From Cenococcum geophilum (lineage: Eukaryota), in the NCBI GenBank assembly GCA_050273025.1, contig CP158635.1:26040001-26104000 (forward strand): DNA of 64,000 nucleotides, written 5' to 3'. Position numbers and translations under genes: made by a program. The notes beneath the pieces were generated by a model. The model searched no databases. It was given only the letters and a program-made list of their open reading frames with translations, and was not told the origin of the DNA. The first letter of the stretch is position 1. Each line of letters opens with the position of its first letter. Below, in pieces: positions 52,819-64,000 of the stretch.

Positions 52819-54222
52819 ATGGCACCCTCTGTTGTCAGTACTATCGTGGAATCTGCTGAAAACACGGAAGCAAAGAACTCAGTTAAGATAACTATAGCCG
52901 CCAGGCAACCTCTCGAATATAGAGGAAAACTTGACGAGTTCAATTCGTTTGATGTTACTCCAGTCATTGGCAGAGAGTTTCCTGATGCTAAGCTGGTGGA
53001 CTGGCTCCAAGCTCCAAACTCTGATGAACTCCTGAGAGACCTCGCCGTCACAAGTACGCAAATTCCCAGTCTTCCTGGAAAGCTTTCCAATTTCCCTAAT
53101 TAACCATTAAACGTCCCCAGTCTCCCAGCGCGGCGTCGTCTTCTTCCGCGCCCAAGATGGCCTAACCAACGAGCTCCAAAAAGAGCTTGCTCAACGCCTG
53201 GGCGAGCTCTCCGGCAAGCCTTCAACCTCTAAGCTGCACATCCACCCCGTGAGCAACTCCCAGCGCGAGCTAGGCGGCAAAGATGACGAAATCAGCGTCA
53301 TCAGCTCCGAGCAAGGCAAGAAGATTTACAAGAAGTCCTTCGGGTTCATCACCGGCATCCAGGACAAGAAGCAGAGCGCGAAGGAGGGCTGGCACAGCGA
53401 TATCACTTTCGAGCCGGTACCTAGCGACTATGCGATTCTGCGTTTGACGGAGCTGCCGAAGACGGGTGGTGGTGCGTATTGTCCACCTATCTCTTTTCTC
53501 AAATCCCTCTCCCCCTTCCTCCCCCCCCGGGTTCCAACCCTCCAATTCTTCCGTTCCCAAACAAGCAAATGGATGAGTAAGGGATGGCTAAAATTCGCCC
53601 ACAGACACCCTCTGGGCCTCGGGCTACGACCTCTACGACCGCATCTCCCCTCCCTACCAGCGCTTCCTAGAATCCCTCACCGCAACCTACGCCCAGCCGG
53701 GCTTCAACAAAGCCGCCGATGCCAACGGCTTCGAGCTGTACACAGCGGCGCGCGGCGCCCCCGAGAACGTCGGCTCTGAGCTCCGCGCCGTCCATCCCGT
53801 CATTCGCACGAACCCGGTCACAGGCTGGAAGTCCGTCTTCGGAGTGGGACATCATGTCGAGCGCATCAACGGGCTGACGGAGCAGGAGAGCAGGAGATTG
53901 CTGGATTGGTTTGTGCGTTTGATCGTCGATAACCATGATTTGCAAGTCAGGCATAACTGGAGGAATCTGAACGATCTTGGTGAGTTTGTTTTCTGTGATC
54001 CTGAATTGGGCCATTGAAGCTCTTTGGTGTGTGGCTGACATCCTCCTAGCTATTTGGGATAATCGTAGTGTGTACCATACCGCAACGCCTGACTACGAAG
54101 GCCTGGGTAATCGAACGGGCCAGCGTGCCGTCAGTTTGGGGGAGCGGCCGTACTTGGATCCAAATAGTAAGTCGAGGAGGGAGGCGTTAGGGTTGGCTGT
54201 GGGACAAAACTTGCCTGCGTGA
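52819..54222 (+). CDS. TauD/TfdA family alpha-ketoglutarate-dependent (sulfonate) dioxygenase
   Basis: SQRGVVFFR, WHSDITFE, GGDTLW, HPVIRTNPVTGWKS and WDNRSVYH motifs; three GT-AG introns (~53054-53120, ~53472-53603, ~53980-54049). Confidence 0.93.
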
Positions 54223-54872
54223 AGGAATGAGCTTGAATACGCCAAATGGTTGGAACAAGGTCCTTTGCTTTCTGGAAGTTATTATTGCATAGTGTACGCC
54301 GTGGAATTGGATTGAGCTTGGTGTTGGCATATCATGCCGGGAAGGTTTCATAACGTTGAAGTCACTGGGACTCATTTTTGAAGCTGCTTGCAACTTTGAC
54401 AAACCAAGCCAACGGAGATAAGCCTCATCATAGGCAGGCCAGGAAAGAATAAATGTGCAATTCCTCGCTCTAAAACAAGAAATAACCAAGATAGAGTACA
54501 TTGCGCACGCGCCGGATGAAACTTCGATTTTTGCGTCCATTATCTACCCTACACGTCCTGCCATCCGTTCGTCTCCACTTCCCTGCGGTTCATGGAAATC
54601 TTCCGCAGAGAAAATACACTCGAGAATACAAAACATACAACATGCCGCTCCAATCGCGCAGTCGATTCCATGAGCTCCATGCGAGATAAAGAGAGGTAAG
54701 GCGGAAGTCACGATGGCGGCACCATCATGTCTTGACGGATTCGTGATTAGTGCAACATGTGAGGGTGGTTCAACAGAAAGTCCCATTTTCTTTACTAGCG
54801 CCTGTTCGGGAGGCCATGTGTGCAGATATTGATTGTCCGAGCTGCAGTCCCTCCATGTCTTGCCAAAGGCAT

Positions 54873-55771
54873 CTAGCATTCGCTAGTGCTGGCTCGCGAG
54901 TTCATGAGAAGGGCAACAATAAGTCCGTAAAGACCTATATTCGGTTTTGTCAGCTAATTGTCTCGAATGTTCACTAGCATCAACGTTTGTACGAAAGACT
55001 TACCCAGAACTTCAGCGAAAATGAGAATCAGGATCATGCCGACGAATAATCTTGGCTGTTGTGCTGTTCCTCTGACACCCGCATCACCCACAATACCAAT
55101 GGCAAACCCAGCTGCCATACCTGCCAAACCGACGGAAAGGCCAGCACCTAATTGGATAAAGCCAGTGAAAAGCGATGATTTCTGGGACAAATCGTTGGAG
55201 ATCAAGACCGAGACGACGAGGCCGTAGATACCGATAATACCAGCCATGACAACAGGAATAATATCTGTTCGAAAACATTAGTATAATGTCCAGTCGCACA
55301 GGAGTGCTTATTTCACAGTTCTGACTCTCTTACTTTTAACAATCAAATCCGGTCGGAGAACACCCATTGCGGAAACACCAACACCGGCTTTCGCCGTCCC
55401 GTACGCGGCACCAAAGCATGTGAATACAATGGCTGATGTGCAACCCATCGCACCAAAGAAGGGCTAACAGAACTATTGTCAGCTTGTTATCCTGGTTTCG
55501 TGATGTGGGAGAGCCGCCATGAATCAAGGGGAGCTCCGAAATGCTCGTGGCGCAGACTGCAGATGGATGCAGGACCTCAATCCTCGGAAGACTTACAGCA
55601 TAAACGGGGCTGCAGAAGACATTTTGTTAGCTTAGAAACATGTAAGGCATGCAGATAGGATGGCCAACGATCGCAATGTCATGATGTTGAAGCTTGACGC
55701 TTATCTCTGCAAAAGGAAAGCTGCCTGATAAAGAGAGCTCGATCGGAGACTCACCAGAGATCTGTGGCCAT
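54873..55771 (-). CDS. vma3: V-type H+-ATPase 16-kDa proteolipid subunit c
   Basis: Five exons give MATDLCPVYAPFFGAMG...[17 protein letters not shown]...[39 protein letters not shown]. Confidence 0.96.
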
Positions 55772-56802
55772 TTTGAAAGCTGTTTTGACTTGAAGCAACA
55801 GTAGCTGGTCGGAATGTGGGGAGTTGATGAGATGCAGGGGGTTGAGGAAGATGTTGGCTTGGGTGTCTCGTCCTAAAGAGAATGGTGACGAGGGCGAAAG
55901 TGCAAGAGGTTGGAGTTCTTCGCTTGAGGATTGCTCGGGTCAGCTGCACGTGACAGTGCTAGCGCGGAGCCTCTGCAACTTATTAGACGCTCCGTAATGA
56001 GAGACGCATCCCGTAGCGAGACGAATCTTAGGTACTTTGAATTCAAGCGACTCTGACTCTATAAGCGCATCGAATTTTCCCGTAGTTTTGTATCAATTAT
56101 GTTGTGTGCCCACTCCTAAAACTCCTAGTCCCGGCTACTGTGAAAATTACGATCGCGTCATCGCCTTCGCACCTAATTGCGGAGAGCCTCTTTCATAGCA
56201 TAACAGGAATCTCCTCCACTACAGCACCACAATCGAGCTCTTTTCGCCTTTCAAACTCATAGAACGGTTTGATCTGGGTTTCCGAGTCTTTCCCCCATAC
56301 TAAGCAGTTACTGCAGCTCTATGGCGGCCGTGGCGCGCTGTGTCATGCGACGTCACCATATTGGTTGGTACCTCTGATCGAGCGATCAAGGATCCCTGGT
56401 CAAGGGGTAAGACAACTAGGCACATCCAGCATAATAATTACAGCGTATTACATCTTACATAATGTAATCGCTCTCTTTGGGCCTGTGGCTATCGCCCGTG
56501 TGGCTCTTAGGTCTGTGGCTAAGCGATGCCTTCCCTTCCTGCGGACGAAAGGTGTCCCTGCGTGCCGGAACAAAAAACGCTGAGCTGAACCTGGGCCTTG
56601 ATCGATGGTGAGAGAACGCCCGACCAGCGCCAACATGTTCGGATAACGCTTTGTAGTAACTAGCAATTCGACGAGATATTTGGTGATTACTGTATCATAC
56701 GACCTTCTGAGTGTAGTGCCCTGTCTTGGTGTTCTAGTAGCATCGTCATGAGCAGGAGGCAAAATCACTCGACTATTTATTCGTGTTCATCTCCACACCC
56801 CT

Positions 56803-57295
56803 CTATGAAATAGAGATATGATAGAAAATTATATCGAAATGGAAACACTTCATGGAAACATTTCTACCGATGTCCAAAGCAGTGACATTGAGAGTGCACA
56901 TCCACACCTTTCCAGATCCAACGCCGATGCCGACGGTCCTTCCCGACACGGCTGAACACGATGGCCGATACTCAGATGGTAACCATACAACACTCTCTGA
57001 ATTCCATGTTATCCACTCATCGTTTGAACTCAAACCCACACCTTGATATTGCGGATTTTGAGGCCCTTTGCTGTCCGCTGGTATGTTTGAAGTTGACATT
57101 GTATCAAGAGCAACTGTACCAATATTAGTGTGAAGATACGAGCCTGTGGTGTCGAATGACATGTTATAAAGCATCTTGCCAACATCGAGCGTCTGTAGGC
57201 ACGCGCCGCTGCTGGCGTCCCAGATCTTGACTTTGCGGTCATACGATGCCGATGCGAGCCGAGTCGAATCTGTTGAGCAGGCCATCGACTTGAAC
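56803..57295 (-). pseudogene. C-terminal fragment of a HET-E/HNWD-like gene (last WD40 repeat plus conserved tail)
   Basis: DSTRLASASYDRKVKIWDASSGACLQTL...WLPSEYRPSCSAVSG; no upstream NACHT or further repeats on this strand. Confidence 0.8.
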
Positions 57296-57533
57296 GGCGC
57301 AGCTGTGGCGCAGCGGCAGGAAGGCTGTGCAAATAGCGTGGCTGGATTTGAGCAATAACAAACATATCCCCGCTTCCTGCTGTCCGCTAATCTGTCCATT
57401 ACTATAAGTGAATTCACTTCACCCTACCCCTAGATCTAAAACAATGCTTATATGGCTACTTATTTAACATACTTCACGCCTATTCTGGCCCGCTCTGCTT
57501 TGTGCCCGCTGTAGCGCCTCATCATACCGAACT

Positions 57534-60500
57534 ATGTTGATTGGCTTACGTAGGTCGTTGAGATCGCAGCTGCGGCTATACAGGCTTCACAGCTATGAAG
57601 GCGACGGCGCCGCTATAGCCTTCTCGCCCGACAACAAGCAGCTCGTATTGGTAGGAAGAGATGGGGTTACACTATGGGACACGGCTACAGGCAAAGAGCT
57701 ATACAGGCTTTACAGCTATGGAGGCGACGCTGCCGCTATAGCCTTCTCGCCCGACAGCAAGCAGCTCGCGTTGGTAGAAAGATATAAGGTCATACTATAG
57801 GACACGGCTATAGATAAGGAGCTATACAGGCTTCACGGCTATAGAGGCGACGGCGCCGCTATAGCCTTCTCGCCCGACAGTAAGCAGCTCGCGTTAGTAG
57901 GAAGATATAAGGTTATACTATGGGACACGGCTATAGGCAAGCAGCTACACAGGCTCCATAGCTATGGAGGCGTCGGCAACGCTATAGCCTTCTCGCCCGA
58001 CAGCAAACAGCTCGCGTCAGTAGGAAGATCTGAGGTCACACTATGGGACACGGCTACAGGTAAAGAGCTATACAGGCTTCATAACTATGGGGGCGGCGAC
58101 ACTATAGCCTTCTCGCCCGACAGTAAGCAGCTCGCGTCGGTAGAAAGATATAAGGTTACACTATGGGACATAGCTACAGGCAAAGAGCTATACAGGCTTG
58201 ACAGCTATGGAGACGTCGGCGCCGCTATAGCCTTCTCGCCCGACAGCAAGCAGCTTGCGTCGGTAGGAAGATATAAGGTCACACTGTGGGACACGGCTAT
58301 AGGTAAAGAGCTATACAGGCTTCATAACTATGGGGGCGGCGACACTATAGCCTTCTCGCCCGACAGCAAGCAGCTCGCGTCGGTAGAAAGATATAAGGTT
58401 ACACTATGGGATACGGCTACAGGCAAAGAGCTATACAGGCTTGACAGCTATGGAGACGTCGGCGCCGCTATAGCCTTCTCGCCCGACAGCAAGCAGCTCG
58501 CGTCGGTAGGAAGATATGAGGTCACACTATGGGATACGGCTACAGGCAAGCAGCTATACGGGCTTGACAGCTATGGAGGCGACGCCACCGCTATAGCCTT
58601 CTCGCCCGACAGCAAGCAGCTCGCGTTGGTAGGAAGATATAAGGCTACACTATGGGACACGGCTACAGGCAAGGAGCTATATAGGCTTGACAGCTATGGA
58701 GGCGACGCCGCCGCTGTAGCCTTCTCGCCCGACAGCAAGCAGCTCGCGTCGGTAGGAAGATATAAGGTCACACTATGGGATACGGCTATAGGCAAGCAGC
58801 TACACAGGCTTAACAGCTATACAGGCGACGCTGCCGCTATAGCCTTCTCGCCCGACAGCAAGCAGCTTGCGTCGGTAGGAAGATATAAGGTTATACTATG
58901 GGACACGGCTATAGGCAAGCAGCTACACAGGCTTGACAGCTATGGAGGCGACGCCGCCGCTATAGCCTTCTCGCCCGACAGCAAGTAGCTCGCGTTGGTA
59001 GGAAGATATAAGGTTACACTATGGGACACGGCTACAGGCAAGCAGCTACACGGGCTTGACAGCTATGGAGGCGACGGCGCCGCTATAGCCTTCTCGCCCG
59101 ACAGCAAGCAGCTCGCGTCGGTAGGAAGATATGAGGTCACACTATGGGACACGGCTACAGGCAAGCAGCTATACGGGCTTGACAGCTATGGAGGCGACGC
59201 CACCGCTATAGCCTTCTCGCCCGACAGCAAGCAGCTCGCGTTGGTAGGAAGATATGAGGTCACACTGTGGGACACGGCTATAGGTAAGCAGCTACACAGG
59301 CTTTACAGCTATGGAGGCGACGCCGCCGCTATAGCCTTCTCGCCCGACAGCAAGCAGCTCGCGTCAGTAGGAAGATATGAGGTTATACTATGGGACACGG
59401 CTATAGGCAAAGAGCTATACAGGCTTGACAGCTATGGAGGCGACGCCGCCGCTATAGCCTTCTCGCCCGATAGCAAGCAGCTCGCGTCGGTAGGAAGATA
59501 TGAGGTTATACTATGGGACACGGCTACAGGCAAAGAGCTATACAGGCTTAACAGCTATGGAGGCGACGGCGCCGCTATAGCCTTCTCGCCCGACAGTAAG
59601 CAGCTCGCGTCGGTAGGAAGATATGAGGTTATGCTGTGGGACACGGCTACAGGCAAAGAGCTACACAGGCTTGACAGCTATGGAGGCGACGGCGCCGCTA
59701 TAGCCTTCTTGCCCGACAGCAAACAGCTCGCGTCGGTAGGAAGATATGAGGTCATACTATGGGACACGGCTACAGGCAAAGAGCTATACGGGCTTGACGG
59801 CTATGGAGGCGACGCCGCCGCTATAAGCCTTTCGTCCTACAGCAAGCAGTTCATGTCGGCGTCAACAGATCAGACCATTTTTTCGGATGCGGCAACACCA
59901 ACGACAGCAAAATTGACACTATCAGGGAAGAGTAAAGTGCCTTACAATCTCGACGAGACTAAGGACACAGTGAAGGCCCAGTCCTTATATAACGCTGGGA
60001 AACCTATGGCTCAAGTTCAGGACGTCTTGTCTCATATCGGAGGTGGCCAACATACAGTGAATGTCCAAGTTAATTGGCAGCTCCGAGAATACGTCCGCGA
60101 TGGCCTAGACGAAGCGCAGGATCTTGCGACGGTCTTAACGATCACAGGTGAACAGGATAAAGCATACGCTTGTTCCTGTGAAAACTATGTGAAGTTTGCA
60201 TGGGGAAAGAACATCAGCATTCCTGAATTCTTCCGAGCTTTTACGGCTTCGGAGTTTATCTCTTCAGCCAAAGCGCGTAAGTATCACCTTTTCGGATTCA
60301 AGCGACACTAACTGTAGCTTACATCATAGTCTCTTCTGGAGTCAACCGATTTATCTTCCAATCCGATCAACTTACAGTATTCGCTGACGTCGAATCTTCC
60401 ATTCTCCTTAACGGATCCGAGAAGCTCACATTCCGAGTAACCGCAGGGAGAGATTGCTTAGTCGGAATTTGCCAATGCATATTGTGGCTTGCCGCTGTCT

Positions 60501-62473
60501 GTAGGCCTCCCGAACAAGGCAGCGTGTATGCTTCTAGCGCAGCTTTCGAAAAAGTGGGTTTGGACCGCTTTGTAATTCGAACGGAACCCTCACGACCTCT
60601 TCCTTCACCGGGATCCCCAACTACCGTTGGTTGCTGCTGGCTCAATATGTTTGATGGAGGATATGTCCTCGCTCAGGGTTTCCCCGTACCTACGAGAAAC
60701 AGTGGCCAAGGGATTGAGTCGCCGTTCGACATGATGATTGAGCAAGCTATGACGTATCATACGATCAGCCGTAGAGGGAGCATAATCCTGAAGGGTAGCC
60801 ACACTGCGCTTGTTCCAATCTTGGTCGACGGTATTGGAGCCCCTGATCAGTCTGAAGAGGTGCAGTGGCACCTCATTGGCAGGAAACCAAAGTTGGTTCA
60901 AGTTGATCTCACCGACGTATCTAAGCGAGCCGAGGGGTACTACTTGACCGACGCTACGTTTACAACAGAAGACCCGGATCTATATTGGGAAGCTATCGAC
61001 AAAACATGCTTGAAAATATTGCCTGTGAAGAGTATTCAAGAACTCTCCGGAAAGCGAATGTTTGTGGGGCACTTCCCAAAGGCTCAGGTCCTGCTTGGGA
61101 CCAATGAAGCAGGATACGAAAATGTTGAGGCGTCAGACGCCAAACTTGTAAGAGGAAATGTGGTGGATTTTGGACAGGCTATCAACATTGCTATGGGCAC
61201 GAACTTTGGTACTGCTGGCATATTCAACATGACGGGCAGTACGACAGTTCGGCGTACGAAATACGACAATACGCCGAAGCAGGTCCCAGCCTTTATTGGC
61301 GATCTGCTACGTAATAGACGCAGTAGGCCACATATTTTGTATGACGTTGAGAAAAAGACTGCCTGGATGATACCGGAGGCATGCGTTATCCTGTACCTAA
61401 TGCACCGCTGGGCTTCCTTACAGGAGCCACCATCAGTCACCGACGATCAGCAGGAGGCACCCGAAGAGCCTTCTTCTCAACACAGTGACCGATATCAACC
61501 GTCTGATTCTCGGCAAGAAGATCCTCTGGAGCTGCAGGAGAGTTCTCTTCTGAAATGCATGCCTTTCATAGGAGCGTCTTGCGACGGCGGGAAAAAAGCG
61601 GCAGATGCTATTTGGACCAAGTTTTCTCAGCTTCAGGAACTTCCCAAATATATACGTTCCGTTGAAAAGCCAGAGAAGCCGGTGTACGTGGCGAACATCG
61701 TCGCCAGGATGTATTTGACTATCGATTCATTGATCGAGCATCAGAAATGCAAAAAGCCAGGTTTTTTAACACGTCAAAGAGATCGTCCTTACATGTGGGG
61801 GTATGAGCTTACAGATGTCGCCGAACTCAATGAAGCGTGTGCAAAGGGGGTTCGCATAGACAAAGCGCGATCTGGAGGCTGGTACGATCTCACCGAGCCG
61901 AAGTCCGAAATCGCCATACTTTTTGGCAGGAAATTCGGCGATTTGATTAAGTACGAGCGTGGCCAGACACTTTGCCACTGCTGGAATAGAGTACCCATCG
62001 GCAATTACTTTCTCTCAGCTGAAAGCGAAGCTCTGAAATACCTCCTGCGGCGACTGGATCAAAGAGGTCTCCCCAAACTCTTTCTTTCTAACAAGCATTC
62101 CGGGAGTAACAAATGCGAACACCAGAAGTGTGAGAACAAAGCCTGGCCTTGTTGTAATATGGCCTTGCAGCTAAAGTCGACGGCACCAAGGGTAATTATT
62201 GAGGGAGAGGAGGGGGAAGCGGTGGTCATCGGAAAAGCTGTTACAAAGCTGAAGAAACCCGCTGGCAATGGCTTCCAAGTTTCGAAACGGAGGCGTTCAG
62301 AGGGCTCAGTCGAGCCTCAAGGGGTCAGTGGGCGCTTGTCCGAAGCAAGTGAACTACCAAACAGAGACCCCAGTGAAGAAATATTTCATGGAGGGGCTGA
62401 ATGCAACGCAGCCGCTGAACCCGAAGAGTGCGACAGCTCGGATGATGCAGAATACTTGAGTTGTGACGAATAG
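57534..62473 (+). pseudogene. WD40-repeat array fused to a large uncharacterised fungal domain (~1,630 codons; two RIP-type premature stops)
   Basis: Single frame 57534-60276 with TAG at 57798 (from TGG) and 58986 (from CAG). Intron 60277-60329 joins in frame to the 663-aa ORF. The true start is uncertain. Confidence 0.75.
57574..59850 (+). repeat. Tandem array of 18 full plus 1 degenerate 123-bp (41-aa) WD40 units; two units are 120 bp
   Basis: GCCTTCTCGCCCGAC recurs every 123 or 120 bp from ~57618 to ~59703. Confidence 0.95.
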
Positions 62474-63099
62474 CAGACACGACCTCCTATTGTCTTCTGG
62501 GAATGGAACACCAGGAAGGGAACGAGAGGCAGCTTCCAAGCAGTGACAGGCAGTGACAATGAACGCTGTGGCAACAATGAAACCGGACACGTGGTCATGG
62601 ACACTTCTAGAAACGGCAAAAGACCACCTTACCACTGCTTGGCGCAACAATTCCCCATGTACGACTGTTTTTAATCCCCTACCACACATGTGACGTGGCG
62701 TCGATAAAGGACCCAAATGCCACCGTTTCTGCCCAAAATGCCACTGGTTTATTAGCGGGCCACCCCTTTAAAATTTAGTGGCCTTCGCGCCTTCGCCAGA
62801 AGGCTCTTGCGCAGCAGACGATACAGCGGCATTACACGAAAAGGGGTAGGTCGGAATCTGTATTATGATGGATCTAGATCCCTATTCATAGTCTCACGCT
62901 CACGATTCGTCCGTTCGAGTTCTCTTTTTTGATCGCGTTGATAGAAAAGGAGGCTCTTCGCTTTGGATATTATTCCCCTCTTTATCCCCGCTTGGTGCAG
63001 GTCTTTTGTTTCCCCCCAGTGGACTTGTCGTGACGTTGATGGTGATATTTGGAACAGAGCTAGATGTTCCGAACGTAAAGTTATTATTTGTAACTTCCC

Positions 63100-63267
63100 C
63101 CACCCAGCCTTGCTCTTGCTGGTGCCCGCCTCTACATCTTGAAAGCTGACCTCTTCATTATTGTTTGCTAACCAAATATGGGAGAGGATTGCGTAGGCTG
63201 GGACGTCTTTATCGGTGGATTCACGAAAGACGAGGTCGCCGTCGGGTTTGCGCTCCAAGAGGCGCAT
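63100..63267 (-). pseudogene. N-terminal fragment of a HET-domain (HET-E-like) gene
   Basis: MRLLERKPDGDLVFRESTDKDVPAYAILSHIW...EEVSFQD...KSKAGW; the sequence then diverges before the expected KIxFC/WVDTCCIDK. Confidence 0.8.
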
Positions 63268-63839
63268 CGTGAGGCATGAGGAGCGGGCTGGGCACGTTCT
63301 CAGGCAGACGTTACTCGAGTAGCACGTTGAGCATATCGGCGCAAAATCTGTATCTCAAGCATCGACGAAGAGATGTGTTGCTCACGAAAAGACTGCCTGG
63401 TGGTTGTAGGCGCTGCACACGAAGCTGCATTCGTGGCGCAGGCTCGCCGTCACATGGCAAAGACAGCCACAGTTCACAGAGACATCCATAATATCGCTCA
63501 CTCTACGGGTAGCCTATGGACTGCGCACTGAGAATCCTGGGACGAGTTAAACCCATCGTTATTGAAATGCCGCAAGCTGTTTGGTGATCTTGCAAGGTTC
63601 GTCATTCAGGGTCACCCGCCGGTCACTTGTCGCGTTAAACAAGCGGGACTTAGGTCCTAAATGGCGCTAAGATCGTTCTGTGAGTCCTTTACGATGAAGA
63701 AGAGCATCAGACAATATTAAGTTACTAATTATACAGCAATAGGTCGCGAAGCCCGCACGAGCCTGCCTCAAACTGATCCACGCTGAAGATTCTCCATCCC
63801 TCGTGCGGCAATCTCATCTTCCGCAACCTGCACTTCTCA

Positions 63840-64000
63840 TCCGCGCAACTGGGGGCTCCGCTGGCTCTGGCGATCATCTGCGCCACTAGGGCGATCATCT
63901 GTGCCACTGGGGCCATCGCTGGCTCTGACGCTTCGCTCATCCGGGCCACCTTGGCCGTTGGCTCTGGCGCATCTGCCTCTAGCGCAGCACTCTTGCGCTT
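63840..64000 (-). mobile_element. Probable C-terminal remnant of a pogo/Fot1-like transposase
   Basis: KRKSAALEADAPEPTAKVARMSEASEPAMAPVAQM resembles the tails of fungal DDE_1 transposases (from recall). Internal 21-bp duplication. Catalytic domain not in the window. Confidence 0.45.

Noticed and set aside
56000..56770. ORFs 56269-56583 and 56448-56768
   Set aside because: Overlapping on opposite strands, non-ATG starts, no motifs.
57574..59850. CRISPR-like regular array
   Set aside because: No unique spacers; whole 123-bp units repeat in frame and encode WD40 in a eukaryotic context.

Overview
Filamentous ascomycete (Pezizomycotina) genomic DNA in two compartments. Positions 1 to ~41,186 are an AT-rich block of nested transposons degraded by RIP (repeat-induced point mutation). 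Most junctions resolve through target-site duplications (TSDs). A probable PIF/Harbinger DNA transposon is outermost and holds chromovirus D. D holds two copies (A, E) of a second Ty3/Gypsy family. A carries a Copia 5' end, a full-length Tad1-like LINE, a third Gypsy (B) and an inverted same-family copy (C); E carries a solo LTR. The 3' LTR of C contains a 1,008-bp non-coding retroposon with a 15-bp TSD. It starts exactly at G1 of a complete HDV-like self-cleaving ribozyme fold and ends in a Tad1-LINE-like 3' tail; this is the top finding. The A/C/E family also shows a Tf1-type self-priming signal and a spliced antisense Zn2Cys6-like accessory gene. Positions ~41,190-64,000 are gene-rich: a conserved hypothetical protein, a Gfo/Idh/MocA oxidoreductase, a 21-aa metallothionein, a DUF1996-WSC protein, a TauD dioxygenase and vma3. 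They end in a rearranged NLR/het-like locus, where HET and WD40 remnants flank an opposite-strand gene with 18-19 RIP-mutated 123-bp WD40 repeats. All calls come from reading the sequence by eye; no database searches were run.
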